NCBI GenBank assembly: GCA_017939755.1
Contig: JAGBAJ010000016.1
Span: 16,302 to 80,301 of the forward strand
From: Clostridia bacterium
Lineage (GTDB): Bacteria; Bacillota; Clostridia; TANB77; CAG-508
Length of the DNA stretch: 64,000 nucleotides
Direction of reading: 5' to 3'
The translations under genes and the position numbers were made by a program. Of the stretch, positions 1 through 9,213 are shown piece by piece (within the stretch, counting starts at the first letter, position 1; every line of letters starts with the position of its first letter). The notes under the pieces are model-generated. The model saw only the letters and a list, made by a program, of their open reading frames with translations. It was not told the origin of the DNA and did not search any database.

Positions 1-455
1 TGTACATTTCCTAGCTTTTCTATAAACTCATCATAAGTTAATGAAGATGAATTTAATGCAGCTTTAATTTCGCTATATTTTGAGAAATCTACATTGCTAC
101 TTTTTATTAAATCATCTTTGCAAGAAATTGAAATGGTTGCATTTGTACCAGAATAATAGGTGGCAGTTATAGAAGTATCTTCTGATATTTTCCAAGTGTA
201 TTTATTTAATTTTTCATCAACTAGCTCTCCTTCTGAACCAACTATACCATTAATTTCTTCTACAGTGTTTTTAGACTCGATTTTTTCAATATATTCGAAT
301 ACTTTTGCATCTTGATTTTCCTTTTTGGCTTCACTTGAAGATGTGTTTGTTCCTTCATTTTTTTCTGAATCTTTGTTTGATCCACACCCTGAAAGTGTAA
401 ACATTAAGCAAATGGTTAGAGCAAGTATACTAACAATAGATACGAATTTTTTCAT
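1..455 (-). CDS. putative lipoprotein, partial (C-terminal part lies beyond the window start)
   Basis: Own minus-strand translation. ATG at 455-453 with GGAGG about 10 nt upstream. MKKFVSIVSILALTICLMFTLSGCGSNKDSEK... is a signal peptide plus lipobox LSGC. The frame stays open to position 1. It is absent from the ORF track because it runs off the edge; + ORF 325-543 is its antisense shadow. Confidence 0.6.
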   Translation of the reverse strand, partial: MKKFVSIVSILALTICLMFTLSGCGSNKDSEKNEGTNTSSSEAKKENQDAKVFEYIEKIESKNTVEEINGIVGSEGELVDEKLNKYTWKISEDTSITATYYSGTNATISISCKDDLIKSSNVDFSKYSEIKAALNSSSLTYDEFIEKLGNV

Positions 456-581
456 CCTTTGTTCACCTCCTAAAAAGATAATACTATATTCTATTAGATA
501 TTACAATATTTTTAATTGTAAAAAAATGCATAGTGTGATATAGTATGTTACAATTCATAGTTCCTAAGTATATTAATGATG

Positions 582-616
582 AGCAATATAATATTAATTT
601 ATAATATTATATTGCT
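582..616. repeat. perfect 15-bp inverted repeat (AGCAATATAATATTA / TAATATTATATTGCT, 5-nt spacer) in the divergent lipoprotein/dxs intergenic region
   Basis: Read directly. Arms 582-596 and 602-616 are exact reverse complements. There is no flanking T-run, so it looks operator-like rather than terminator-like. Confidence 0.6.
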
Positions 617-684
617 AATCCTAAAACTATAATTAAGCTGTGAATAGTAACTATAGTATTCAAAGAATTAAAGAAGGAAGAGCA

Positions 685-2595
685 ATGAGTAATATTTTAA
701 ATAATATTGTAGGACCGCAAGATTTAAAAAAATTAACATATAATGAAAAGATATGCTTGGCAGAAGAAATTCGCCAGTTTATAATAGATATTGTTTCTAA
801 AAATGGTGGACATTTGGCATCAAATTTAGGTGTAGTAGAGCTTACCATAGCTTTGCATACAATTTTTGATACTCCAAAAGATAAAATTATCTGGGATGTT
901 GGGCATCAGACATATGTTCATAAAATATTAACAGGCCGTAAAGATGAAATGAAAACAATTCGTAAGCTTAACGGGTTATCTGGATTTCCAAAAACAACAG
1001 AGTCAGAATACGATTGCTTTAATACAGGACATAGCAGTACATCTATTTCTGTAGCTCTTGGAATGGCAAGAGCAAGAGACATACTACAAGAAGATAACAA
1101 AATAGTTGCAGTAATTGGCGATGGTGCTCTAACTGGGGGAATGGCAGAAGAAGCACTAAATGATGCAGGCGCAAGTAAATCGAACATTATAGTAATATTA
1201 AATGATAATGAAATGAGTATAGCAAAAAATGTTGGGGGAATTTCTCTGCTATTAGGAAAAATTAGGACAAAAAAGTTATATACATCAACTAACGAAAAAG
1301 TAAAAAGCAAACTGCAAAAAATTCCAAAAGCAGGTAAAAAAATTGTTAGAATGACTTCTAACTTAAAAAATAGTATAAAGCAGATATTTATTCCAAAGAT
1401 GTATTTTGAAGATATTGGATATACATATTTAGGCCCAATTGATGGTAATAATATAGAAGATGTAGAAGAAATTTTAAAACAAAGCAAGAAATGCTCTGGA
1501 CCTGTATTGGTACATGTTATTACTAAAAAGGGAAAAGGATATGGACCAGCAGAAAAAAATCCATCAAAATTCCATGGAACTGCAGCTTTTGATAAAAAAA
1601 CAGGTAATCCACTAAAAAAGAAGAGCAAGGATTATTCTAAGACATTTGGTGATAAGTTAATAAAAATTGCTGAAAAGAATGATAAGATAGTAGCTATAAC
1701 TGCTGCAATGGCTGATGGAACCGGGTTATCGGAATTCAGAAAAAAATTTCCGAAACGTTTCTTTGATGTAGGAATAGCTGAACAACATGCTGTTGGAATG
1801 GCTGCAGGAATGGCAAAAGCAGGTCTTATACCAGTAGTACCAATTTATTCATCTTTTTACCAAAGAGCATATGATCAAATAATTCATGATGTATGTATGC
1901 AAAATTTACACGTTATTATGTGCGCTGATAGAGCTGGAATTGTTGGAAATGATGGCGAAACCCATCAAGGATTGACAGATATGTCAGCCCTTTCAATTGT
2001 TCCAAATATAACAATAATGGCGCCAAAGGATTTTATAGAGCTTGAGCAAATGATGGATTTTGCAGTTAAGTATAGATTTCCAATTTTTATAAGGTACCCA
2101 AGAGGTGGAGAAGGTGACATTCAATTTGAAAAACATGAAAAGATTAAACTGGGTACTGCAGAAATTATAGAAAATGGTACAGACATTACAATTGTAGCTA
2201 TTGGAAAAATGGTTGATTTGGCAATGAGGGTGTCAAAGGAGTTACAGAAGATGGGAGTAAGTGCAGAAGTTATTAATGCGAGATTCTTAAAACCTTTTGA
2301 CGAAAAACATGTTATAGATTCAATAGAAAAGACAGGAAAAGTAATTACAATTGAAGATGGACTTTTAAGGAGTGGTTTGGCTACTACTATAAATGAATTA
2401 ATAGTAAAAAATAATATAGAAAATGTGAGTGTTCAAAATTTTGGATATGATGATAAGTACGTAAAACATGGTTCGGTATCTGAGTTAGAGCACATTAATG
2501 GATTAGATGTAGAAAATATTGTAAAAGAATGTATGAAGAACGTTTCATATGTTATAAATGGGGTTTCAAATGGACAAAAAGAATATATTGGATAG
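685..2595 (+). CDS. dxs: 1-deoxy-D-xylulose-5-phosphate synthase
   Basis: ORF 640-2595. MSNILNNIVGPQDLKKL..., GHQTYVHKILTGR, GDGALTGGMA and AEQHAV are typical DXS/transketolase-like motifs. The start is moved to ATG 685, which has a GAAGGA RBS. Confidence 0.93.
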   Translation: MSNILNNIVGPQDLKKLTYNEKICLAEEIRQFIIDIVSKNGGHLASNLGVVELTIALHTIFDTPKDKIIWDVGHQTYVHKILTGRKDEMKTIRKLNGLSGFPKTTESEYDCFNTGHSSTSISVALGMARARDILQEDNKIVAVIGDGALTGGMAEEALNDAGASKSNIIVILNDNEMSIAKNVGGISLLLGKIRTKKLYTSTNEKVKSKLQKIPKAGKKIVRMTSNLKNSIKQIFIPKMYFEDIGYTYLGPIDGNNIEDVEEILKQSKKCSGPVLVHVITKKGKGYGPAEKNPSKFHGTAAFDKKTGNPLKKKSKDYSKTFGDKLIKIAEKNDKIVAITAAMADGTGLSEFRKKFPKRFFDVGIAEQHAVGMAAGMAKAGLIPVVPIYSSFYQRAYDQIIHDVCMQNLHVIMCADRAGIVGNDGETHQGLTDMSALSIVPNITIMAPKDFIELEQMMDFAVKYRFPIFIRYPRGGEGDIQFEKHEKIKLGTAEIIENGTDITIVAIGKMVDLAMRVSKELQKMGVSAEVINARFLKPFDEKHVIDSIEKTGKVITIEDGLLRSGLATTINELIVKNNIENVSVQNFGYDDKYVKHGSVSELEHINGLDVENIVKECMKNVSYVINGVSNGQKEYIG

Positions 2596-3379
2596 ATACA
2601 AAAAGGCTGAAGAAAAATTATTAATATCAAAGTTTCTTGACAAAATAGATATTTCAAGTAAGACAAATAAAATTGAAACGACAGATTTTTTAAACGAGAT
2701 AGAGCAAAATATTATAAGGAATGTAATAAATTTAATAAAATTTGAAAACTATGAATTTTATGGTGGAACGAAAAATTCGGATAGAAAAATTATTATTATA
2801 TACCCAGAAAAAATGAGGGACTTATTTAAAAGCCACAAATTTAAATATGATACATTATTATCAGTATTTCGTATTTTGGTAAATACCACTAATGTTTTAG
2901 ATTATAGTCATAGCGTTTATCTTGGTGGAATAATAAAACTTGGTTTAAAACGTGAGAAGATAGGTGATATACTGATTAATAATGAGGGAGCAGATATTAT
3001 TGTAAAAAAAGAATCAGAGAAATTTCTATATGCCAATTTAAATAGTCTAACAAGATTTAAAGATGCAGATATTTCTGTTATTAGTTTAGGTGAAGTCATT
3101 AATGTTGAAAAGAACTTTCAAGATATTAAGATTATTACTTCATCACTGAGACTGGATAATATTGTGTCTGAGCTTGCAAAAACATCAAGAAATGTAGCAA
3201 ATCAAATTTTAGAGCAAGATCGAGTATTTGTAAACTATGAAAATGAGACAAAGAGCACAAAGCAAATCAAAGAAAAGGATGTAGTTACAATTAGAGGCAA
3301 AGGAAAATTCATAATCGATGAAATAGCAGGAAATACCAAAAAAGGTAATTATATTATTATGGTAAAAAAATATTCATAA
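2570..3379 (+). CDS. ylmH: YlmH-like RNA-binding protein with C-terminal S4 domain
   Basis: ORF 2558-3379. The architecture matches B. subtilis YlmH: TDFL..EQ N-terminal part and a C-terminal SLRLDNIVSELAKTSRNVANQILEQDRVFVN...IRGKGKF S4 motif. The start may be 2558 or 2570. Confidence 0.75.
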   Translation: MDKKNILDRYKKAEEKLLISKFLDKIDISSKTNKIETTDFLNEIEQNIIRNVINLIKFENYEFYGGTKNSDRKIIIIYPEKMRDLFKSHKFKYDTLLSVFRILVNTTNVLDYSHSVYLGGIIKLGLKREKIGDILINNEGADIIVKKESEKFLYANLNSLTRFKDADISVISLGEVINVEKNFQDIKIITSSLRLDNIVSELAKTSRNVANQILEQDRVFVNYENETKSTKQIKEKDVVTIRGKGKFIIDEIAGNTKKGNYIIMVKKYS

Positions 3380-3489
3380 TATGTATAAAAAAATAATTTT
3401 TTGTAGAATAAGTAAAGAATATGATGAAATTTTTTATACGAATTTATTTGATTTTTATACAATACGAATGTAAAATTGGAGGGTAGCTT

Positions 3490-4338
3490 ATGGCAGAAAT
3501 AATTGATGGAAAATCATTGGCAAAAAAAATCAGAATGGAATTAAAAGAGGAAGTAGAAAAATTAAAAAGCAAGAATATTTTTCCAAAACTTGCAGTAATT
3601 ATGGTTGGAGATGACAAAGCTTCAAAAGTGTATGTAAAAAACAAAAGCAAAGCCTGTGAAGAGATTGGGGTTGAATATGAAGAATTTCTATTAAAAGATG
3701 ATATAAAGATGCAAGAGCTATTAGACTTAATTCAAACATTAAATAATAGAGACGATGTTCATGGAATTTTATTGCAGAGTCCAATTCCTAAAAATTTGGA
3801 TATAAATAAAGCTTTTAATGCAATTGACTATAGAAAAGATGTTGATGGTTTTAACCCAATAAATGTTGGTAAATTGGTAATTGGCGAGGATTCTTTTATT
3901 TCATGTACGCCTTTTGGAGTTATCAAAATGTTAGAAGAATATGGTATAGAAATTGAAGGAAAAAATGCTGTTGTAATTGGTAGAAGCAATATTGTTGGTA
4001 AGCCACTAGCACAATGTTTATTGGCTAAAAATGCTACAGTAACAATATGTCACTCACGTACAAAAAATATTCATGAAATTACAAAAAATGCTGATATATT
4101 GGTGGCTGCTTTAGGTAAACCACAATATATAAAAGAGCATATGGTTAAAGATGGTGCTGTTGTAATTGATGTTGGAATAAATAGAGCTGATGATGGAAAA
4201 TTAGTAGGAGATGTTGATTTTGAGAATGTTAGCAAAAAAGCATCATATATTACACCAGTTCCTGGCGGTGTTGGACCAATGACAATTGCGATGTTAATGC
4301 ACAATGTTGTAAAAGCAGCAAAATTGCAAAGTAAATAA
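3490..4338 (+). CDS. folD: bifunctional methylenetetrahydrofolate dehydrogenase/cyclohydrolase
   Basis: MAEIIDGKSLAKKIR..., VGDDKASKVYVKNK, GRSNIVGKP and PVPGGVGPMTIAML are canonical FolD motifs. Confidence 0.93.
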   Translation: MAEIIDGKSLAKKIRMELKEEVEKLKSKNIFPKLAVIMVGDDKASKVYVKNKSKACEEIGVEYEEFLLKDDIKMQELLDLIQTLNNRDDVHGILLQSPIPKNLDINKAFNAIDYRKDVDGFNPINVGKLVIGEDSFISCTPFGVIKMLEEYGIEIEGKNAVVIGRSNIVGKPLAQCLLAKNATVTICHSRTKNIHEITKNADILVAALGKPQYIKEHMVKDGAVVIDVGINRADDGKLVGDVDFENVSKKASYITPVPGGVGPMTIAMLMHNVVKAAKLQSK

Positions 4339-4401
4339 TTATAAAATTAGTATTTTAAGAGATATAATAGGGGGATTTATGAAAATAAATTCTCTTTTTT
4401 G

Positions 4402-4476
4402 TATACTAGGAGTATCATACTGACTTTTCCTAGTATATAAAAAGCTTAGCAAAAAGAGATGCACACGAATTTTAAA
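4402..4476 (+). repeat. modular intergenic hairpin repeat, family A, copy 1 (HP1 plus partial HP2)
   Basis: TATACTAGGAGTATCATACTGACTTTTCCTAGTATATAAAAAGCTTAGCAAAAAGAGATGCACACGAATTTT aligns with the copies at 11275, 14444 and 28983. Confidence 0.7.
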
Positions 4477-4543
4477 GAAGAAAATTATAAGTTAAGGAGA
4501 TGATTTTATAGAAATAAACATATATTGGATTTGGATATCAAGA

Positions 4544-5371
4544 TTGAAAAAAATGTATTTCGAGGTATTTGACTTACTATTAAAGAAGTATAAAAATATT
4601 GAGAATCTATGGACTCTAAGAAGAGCAGATATAGAAAAGGATGGTATTTTTACGAGTGGATTGATGGATGATTTTTTCAATTGTAGCTACAGAGAAAATT
4701 TAGATAATATAGCTAAATATATGGTTATAAATAATATAAAAATGGTAACCTGCTATGACACAGAATATCCATGTAAACTTAGACTAATTAAAAATAGACC
4801 AATAGTATTATTCTACAAGGGAGACATATCTCATATAAATGATGAATCTGTTGCAATTGTTGGATCAAGAAATTGTACAGCATATGGCAGAAAATGCGGA
4901 AATTTTTTTTCATATGAGTTAGCAAGTCGAAATGTAAATGTTATAAGCGGACTGGCAATTGGCATAGATGCAATAGCACATTGTGCAGCTCTAAATGCTA
5001 ATGGAAAAACATATGCTGTTATTGGAAGCGGGTTAGACAATATATATCCTATGCAGAATATACAATTAGCAAAAAGGATTATAGAAAAAGGAGGGGCGAT
5101 TATTACTGAATATGTTATTGGGACAAAACCTGATAAATCAAATTTCCCTCGAAGAAATAGAATTATTAGTGGAATTGCTGATGCGATTATTGTTGTTGAA
5201 GCAAGTGAAAAAAGTGGTTCATTAATCACTGCAAATTATGCTATAAATCAAGGAAAAGAAGTTTGGGCAGTACCTGGAAACATTTTTTCTAATGAATCGA
5301 AGGGTACAAATAAGCTAATAAATGACGGCGCAAATGTACTTACAAGCATGGATGATATACTTAGAAATTAG
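4544..5371 (+). CDS. dprA: DNA processing/protecting protein DprA (Smf family)
   Basis: VAIVGSRNCTAYG, GLAIGIDAIAH, GSGLDNIYP, FPRRNRIISG and VVEASEKSGSLITA are DprA Rossmann-like domain motifs. Confidence 0.85.
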   Translation: MKKMYFEVFDLLLKKYKNIENLWTLRRADIEKDGIFTSGLMDDFFNCSYRENLDNIAKYMVINNIKMVTCYDTEYPCKLRLIKNRPIVLFYKGDISHINDESVAIVGSRNCTAYGRKCGNFFSYELASRNVNVISGLAIGIDAIAHCAALNANGKTYAVIGSGLDNIYPMQNIQLAKRIIEKGGAIITEYVIGTKPDKSNFPRRNRIISGIADAIIVVEASEKSGSLITANYAINQGKEVWAVPGNIFSNESKGTNKLINDGANVLTSMDDILRN

Positions 5372-5527
5372 TAGTTACAGAAGCGGTATGTCGAAATGTA
5401 CAAGAATTTGTCGATGAGAAATGTTTGACTTTTTCACAAAATGGGCTTATTATGAGCATGTAATTTTTATTCAAGAAATTTAATTCTTATAAATTTCCAA
5501 TTATTTTAAAATTAAATAGGAGGTGAA

Positions 5528-6214
5528 ATGTTGAAAAATAAAACATTGAAAATTTGTTTCAGTGTTGGTTTGATTTGTCTTTTAATAATGTGTTTTCTCA
5601 TCTATTTTTATTTTCAGAAAAAAAATTCTAAAACAGAAAAGCTTTTATTAAGCTATGCTGACAATATTATAAGTGAAGAAATTGTTGGCAGAGATTCTAC
5701 AACTAAATCCATAAAAGAAAGTAACGAGGTTATTGATGATAAGAAAATTGATAATGTAAATAACAATAATTTAGATAATAGCAATCAGAGCAATGATGGA
5801 AATCTCTTTCAAGATACAATTAAAAAAAATAAAAATGTATTTGGAAAGATTGTAATTGATAAAATAGGCGTAAATGCACCTATTATGGATGGTACTGACC
5901 AAGAAATTCTTAGAGCCTCAGTAGGTCATTTCAAAGAAACTAATTATTGGAACGGCAATGTGGCTCTTGCATCACACAATAGGGGAAGTTATGCGCATTA
6001 TTTTGAAAAAATAAATCAACTAAACATTGGTGATGAAATAAAATATCAAACCGAACTTGGAACAAGGGTTTATTCTGTAAAAGAGATAACTGAGGTTTCA
6101 GAGCAGAATTTATCTGTTCTTGAGGGTACAAAAGATAATACACTGACGCTTATTACGTGTATAAAAAATAAACCAGAGCTAAGATTATGTGTAAAAGCAA
6201 TAGAAAAAACATAA
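5528..6214 (+). CDS. sortase family transpeptidase (membrane anchored)
   Basis: N-terminal TM helix, catalytic His context (ALASHNRG), TLITC catalytic Cys motif and a downstream Arg (LRLCVKA). It lies adjacent to an LPXTG substrate gene. Confidence 0.8.
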   Translation: MLKNKTLKICFSVGLICLLIMCFLIYFYFQKKNSKTEKLLLSYADNIISEEIVGRDSTTKSIKESNEVIDDKKIDNVNNNNLDNSNQSNDGNLFQDTIKKNKNVFGKIVIDKIGVNAPIMDGTDQEILRASVGHFKETNYWNGNVALASHNRGSYAHYFEKINQLNIGDEIKYQTELGTRVYSVKEITEVSEQNLSVLEGTKDNTLTLITCIKNKPELRLCVKAIEKT

Positions 6215-6304
6215 GAAGATAGTAGAAAATATTTTTAGGAGTTTTGTGTGAAATATAATTGATTTTTCACATAAGATTTATACATAAAACGGATGGAGGT
6301 TATT

Positions 6305-7945
6305 ATGAAAAAATTTAAAAGTTTAATTTTTATTATAGTTAGTATAGCGGCAGTATTTCAATGTTTATTTAGTTGTAAGAAAGTAAATGCTGCAACTATA
6401 GGTGACAAAAGTTATCTACAAAGAGCAGAGAAAGGATACTACACCATTCAAAAATGGAATGGATCAGATTGGATATATGTTACATATAGCATTACAAATT
6501 ATGTAGATGAAAATGGGACAAAGAGGGTTGCTTATTGTGTTAACCCAGATTTAAAAGGAATTGGTTATATTTCTGGTGAGTTCGAAGGATATAATGTAGA
6601 GCTTAAAGAGCTATTATCTAATCAAAAGGCGTGGAGAGTCCTAGTTAATGGATATCCATATAAAACCCCTGCAGATTTAGGTGTAGAGGATGAACAAGAT
6701 GCATATTTAGCGACAAAAATGGCATTATATACGATTTTAAGGAATCAGACTGAAAGTGATGTAAGAAGTTTATTTAGAGCAGGTGAAGATAAGGTCGCTG
6801 GAGAAAATTTAGAAGATATACAACGTAAAGGAAAAAAAGTAATAGATGCAATTTGTAAATTAGTTAATATAGGAAATAATGGAAAAGATACAATGCAAAA
6901 TAACAATTTAATTAGTATACAAAAAAATGGAAACTTTACATCAGATAGTTCAAATACAAAATATTATTCGCAAGTATTTAGGATTTCCTCAAAAGTAGAA
7001 TGTAAAGAATATACAATAAAAAGTATTAAAGATTTTCCAGAAGGAACACTTGTTACCAATATAAATGGAAAAGAGCAAAAAACATTTAAAGGAGGTGATG
7101 AGTTTAAAATTATGGTTCCAAAAACATCAATTATAGGAGATATAAAAGGCTCTATTAGTTTAAGTGGGATTTGTAAAAATTACCCAATATATTATGCAGA
7201 ATGTGCAGAAGGAAATTATCAAAATTATGTGTTATGCTGTGATAGTTACAGCAAGGATATAGAATCAAAAGCCAATGTAGATATTAAAGTGGAAAAATCA
7301 AAATTAAAAATTAACAAAATAGATAAAGATATGGGTAGCCCAATAGAGGGAGTTATATTTTCTATAAAATATAAAGATGGCGAAGATATTGGAACTTATA
7401 AAACTGATAAGAAAGGTATGATATATCTTAATAATTTACATCAAGGACAAGTTATTATCAAAGAGCTTGCAACTAATAATAAATATTCGCTTAATACGGA
7501 TGATGTTATACTTGACATTGGCTATAATGATGAAAAAGATGTGGTAATAAAAAATGAAATAAAGAAAGGCTCTATTAAAATCATAAAAGTAGATGCAAAT
7601 GATAACAAAATTAGAATTGAAGGTGCAAAGTTTGAGATATATGATGAGAATAAAAATTTAATACAAGTGGTAGTAACTGATAAAAATGGTGAGGCAAAAA
7701 TAGAAAATATTCAGGCAGATTGTAAGTACACTATCAAAGAAGTAGAAACTGCAAAGGAGTATATACTTTCAAATGATGAAGTAACAATAGAGCTTAAAGA
7801 AAATGAAATTAAAACACTAACATTTAAAAATAAGAAAAAAACAATAGAGAAATTGCCTAGAACAGGGTCTGTTAATATTAGTGAATATATTTTCCAAATA
7901 GTTAGCATAGGTAGTGTTGCATTAATAAGAATATTTTTAAAATAA
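6305..7945 (+). CDS. LPXTG-anchored surface protein: N-terminal thioester-domain-like adhesin module plus two CnaB/SpaA-type repeats
   Basis: Signal peptide MKKFKSLIFIIVSIAAVFQ. C-terminal sorting signal LPRTGS followed by a hydrophobic stretch and a basic tail. Repeats KINKIDKDMGSPIEGVIF... and KIIKVDANDNKIRIEGAKFEIYD.... VAYCVNP and VNGYPY motifs resemble TQXA thioester domains. The start is moved to ATG 6305 (GGAGG RBS). Confidence 0.8.
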   Translation: MKKFKSLIFIIVSIAAVFQCLFSCKKVNAATIGDKSYLQRAEKGYYTIQKWNGSDWIYVTYSITNYVDENGTKRVAYCVNPDLKGIGYISGEFEGYNVELKELLSNQKAWRVLVNGYPYKTPADLGVEDEQDAYLATKMALYTILRNQTESDVRSLFRAGEDKVAGENLEDIQRKGKKVIDAICKLVNIGNNGKDTMQNNNLISIQKNGNFTSDSSNTKYYSQVFRISSKVECKEYTIKSIKDFPEGTLVTNINGKEQKTFKGGDEFKIMVPKTSIIGDIKGSISLSGICKNYPIYYAECAEGNYQNYVLCCDSYSKDIESKANVDIKVEKSKLKINKIDKDMGSPIEGVIFSIKYKDGEDIGTYKTDKKGMIYLNNLHQGQVIIKELATNNKYSLNTDDVILDIGYNDEKDVVIKNEIKKGSIKIIKVDANDNKIRIEGAKFEIYDENKNLIQVVVTDKNGEAKIENIQADCKYTIKEVETAKEYILSNDEVTIELKENEIKTLTFKNKKKTIEKLPRTGSVNISEYIFQIVSIGSVALIRIFLK

Positions 7946-8016
7946 AAGATATAAGGTCATGCACAGATAAAAAAATTTTTCATATATTTTAATATAAGAA
8001 ACTTGGAGGTATCTGT

Positions 8017-8663
8017 ATGCTAGCTCTTTCAATTTCAGGGTTCATAACAATTTTTAAATCATCAGTATTTATGTTTGGATACATATCGAAAAATAGCTTA
8101 TTCCCTGAGCCATTAAATTCTGAAGAAGAAATTAAATATTTACAGATGTACGAGAATGGAGATATGGATGCAAGAGCAATTTTAATTGAACGTAATTTAA
8201 GACTAGTTGCACATGTATGTAAAAAATACAGCAACAATAATACAGAGTTAGACGATTTAATTTCAATTGGAACCATAGGATTAATTAAAGGAATTGATAG
8301 TTTTAATTATAGAAAAGGAGTTAGACTTGCAACATATGTTTCAAGATGCATTGATAATGAGATTTTAATGTATTTTAGAAGTATAAAAAAAATAAGTACA
8401 GAGGTTTATTTAGATGACACTATAGGTAAAGATAAGGATGAAAACACTATTAGTCTTCAAGAGGTTTTAGAAAATAATGATCGAAGTATAGAGGATGAAG
8501 TTGATTTAAAATTTAAAATAAAAAAATTATATAAAAAAATGAAGACCGTATTAAAGGATCGAGAATTTGGCATAATAACGATGAGATTTCGGGTTGGATG
8601 GTAAAAAACCAAGAACACAAAATCAGATTGCGGAGATGCTAGGTATATCACGTTCCTATGTAT
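8017..8663 (+). pseudogene. sigK: sigK (pro-sigma-K) 5' segment, interrupted at 8663 and carrying a +1 frameshift near 8590
   Basis: The pro-peptide-like N-terminus and ARAILIERNLRLVAHVCKKY, ISIGTIGLIKGIDSF and ATYVSRCIDNEILMYFR are sigma-70 region 2/3 motifs of SigK/SigE type. The frame changes at ATG AGA TTT c GGG TTG GAT GGT. The shifted frame reads GLDGKKPRTQNQIAEMLGISRSYV up to the junction. Confidence 0.85.
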
Positions 8664-8699
8664 AGAAACATGTTTATGACTAAAAAATTATAATGTAGT

Positions 8700-8728
8700 A
8701 CAAAAAGAAGAGCAGTATATTACTGCTC
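8700..8728 (-). terminator. rho-independent terminator after tspO (minus strand)
   Basis: Hairpin GAGCAGTA-TAT-TACTGCTC at 8710-8728, followed on the minus strand by TTCTTTTT. Confidence 0.55.
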
Positions 8729-8734
8729 AAGGAA

Positions 8735-9193
8735 TTAATTATCTAATAAATAAATTGCAAAATTTAGATAAGTTGCAAATAAGGACCAAAGTAGATAAGG
8801 AATTTGAATTAATCCTGCTGTTTTATTTTTTTGATAGAATTGAACAATCATAATTACTATTAAAATGTCTAATAATATAATCCAAATAAATGAAAATAAT
8901 CGTAATTTTAAATAAAAAAATAAAATTGGCCAGAAAGCATTTATAAAAAGTTGAGTGTAGTATATTTGATTAATTTTTGAATCTGTTAGTGATTTTGTTT
9001 TCAATATGCCATATGATATCCCCATTAAAATGTAGAGTATGGTCCAAACAATCGGAAATAATATACTGGGTGGAGCCAAAAGAGGTTTTATTAAAGTATT
9101 GTAATCAATAACTTTAGAAATTAATATCCCTACAATTCCCCCTATAAGTACGGGTATTAAAATTGATTTTAGATATATTTTAAAATTTGACAT
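8735..9193 (-). CDS. tspO: TspO/MBR family tryptophan-rich sensory protein
   Basis: 152-aa five-helix membrane protein. LAPPSILFPIVWTILYILMG and INAFWPILFF are typical of the TspO/MBR family. Confidence 0.8.
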   Translation of the reverse strand: MSNFKIYLKSILIPVLIGGIVGILISKVIDYNTLIKPLLAPPSILFPIVWTILYILMGISYGILKTKSLTDSKINQIYYTQLFINAFWPILFFYLKLRLFSFIWIILLDILIVIMIVQFYQKNKTAGLIQIPYLLWSLFATYLNFAIYLLDN

Positions 9194-9213
9194 AAGGTAA
9201 CTCCTTTATATTA

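Noticed and set aside
325-543. 72-aa + strand ORF at the window start
   Set aside because: It overlaps, in antisense, the RBS-led lipoprotein gene on the minus strand (1-455). It has no RBS and its sequence is implausible.
918-1628. 236-aa minus-strand ORF, together with similar long antisense ORFs at 30024-30569, 45752-46276, 58617-59126, 54731-55123 and 4831-5229
   Set aside because: All lie antisense to strongly supported conserved genes (dxs, rlmD, dapF, rpsE, rplP, dprA). Their translations are low-complexity and hydrophobic, as expected for shadow ORFs, and none has an RBS.
7946-8016. Sporulation-sigma (sigE/sigK-type) promoter upstream of sigK (GTCATG...CATATATT)
   Set aside because: The resemblance to the -35/-10 consensus is loose. 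The GTCATGCACAGA string also occurs in the family-B repeat tail, so it may simply be a repeat fragment. It is not supportable from sequence alone.
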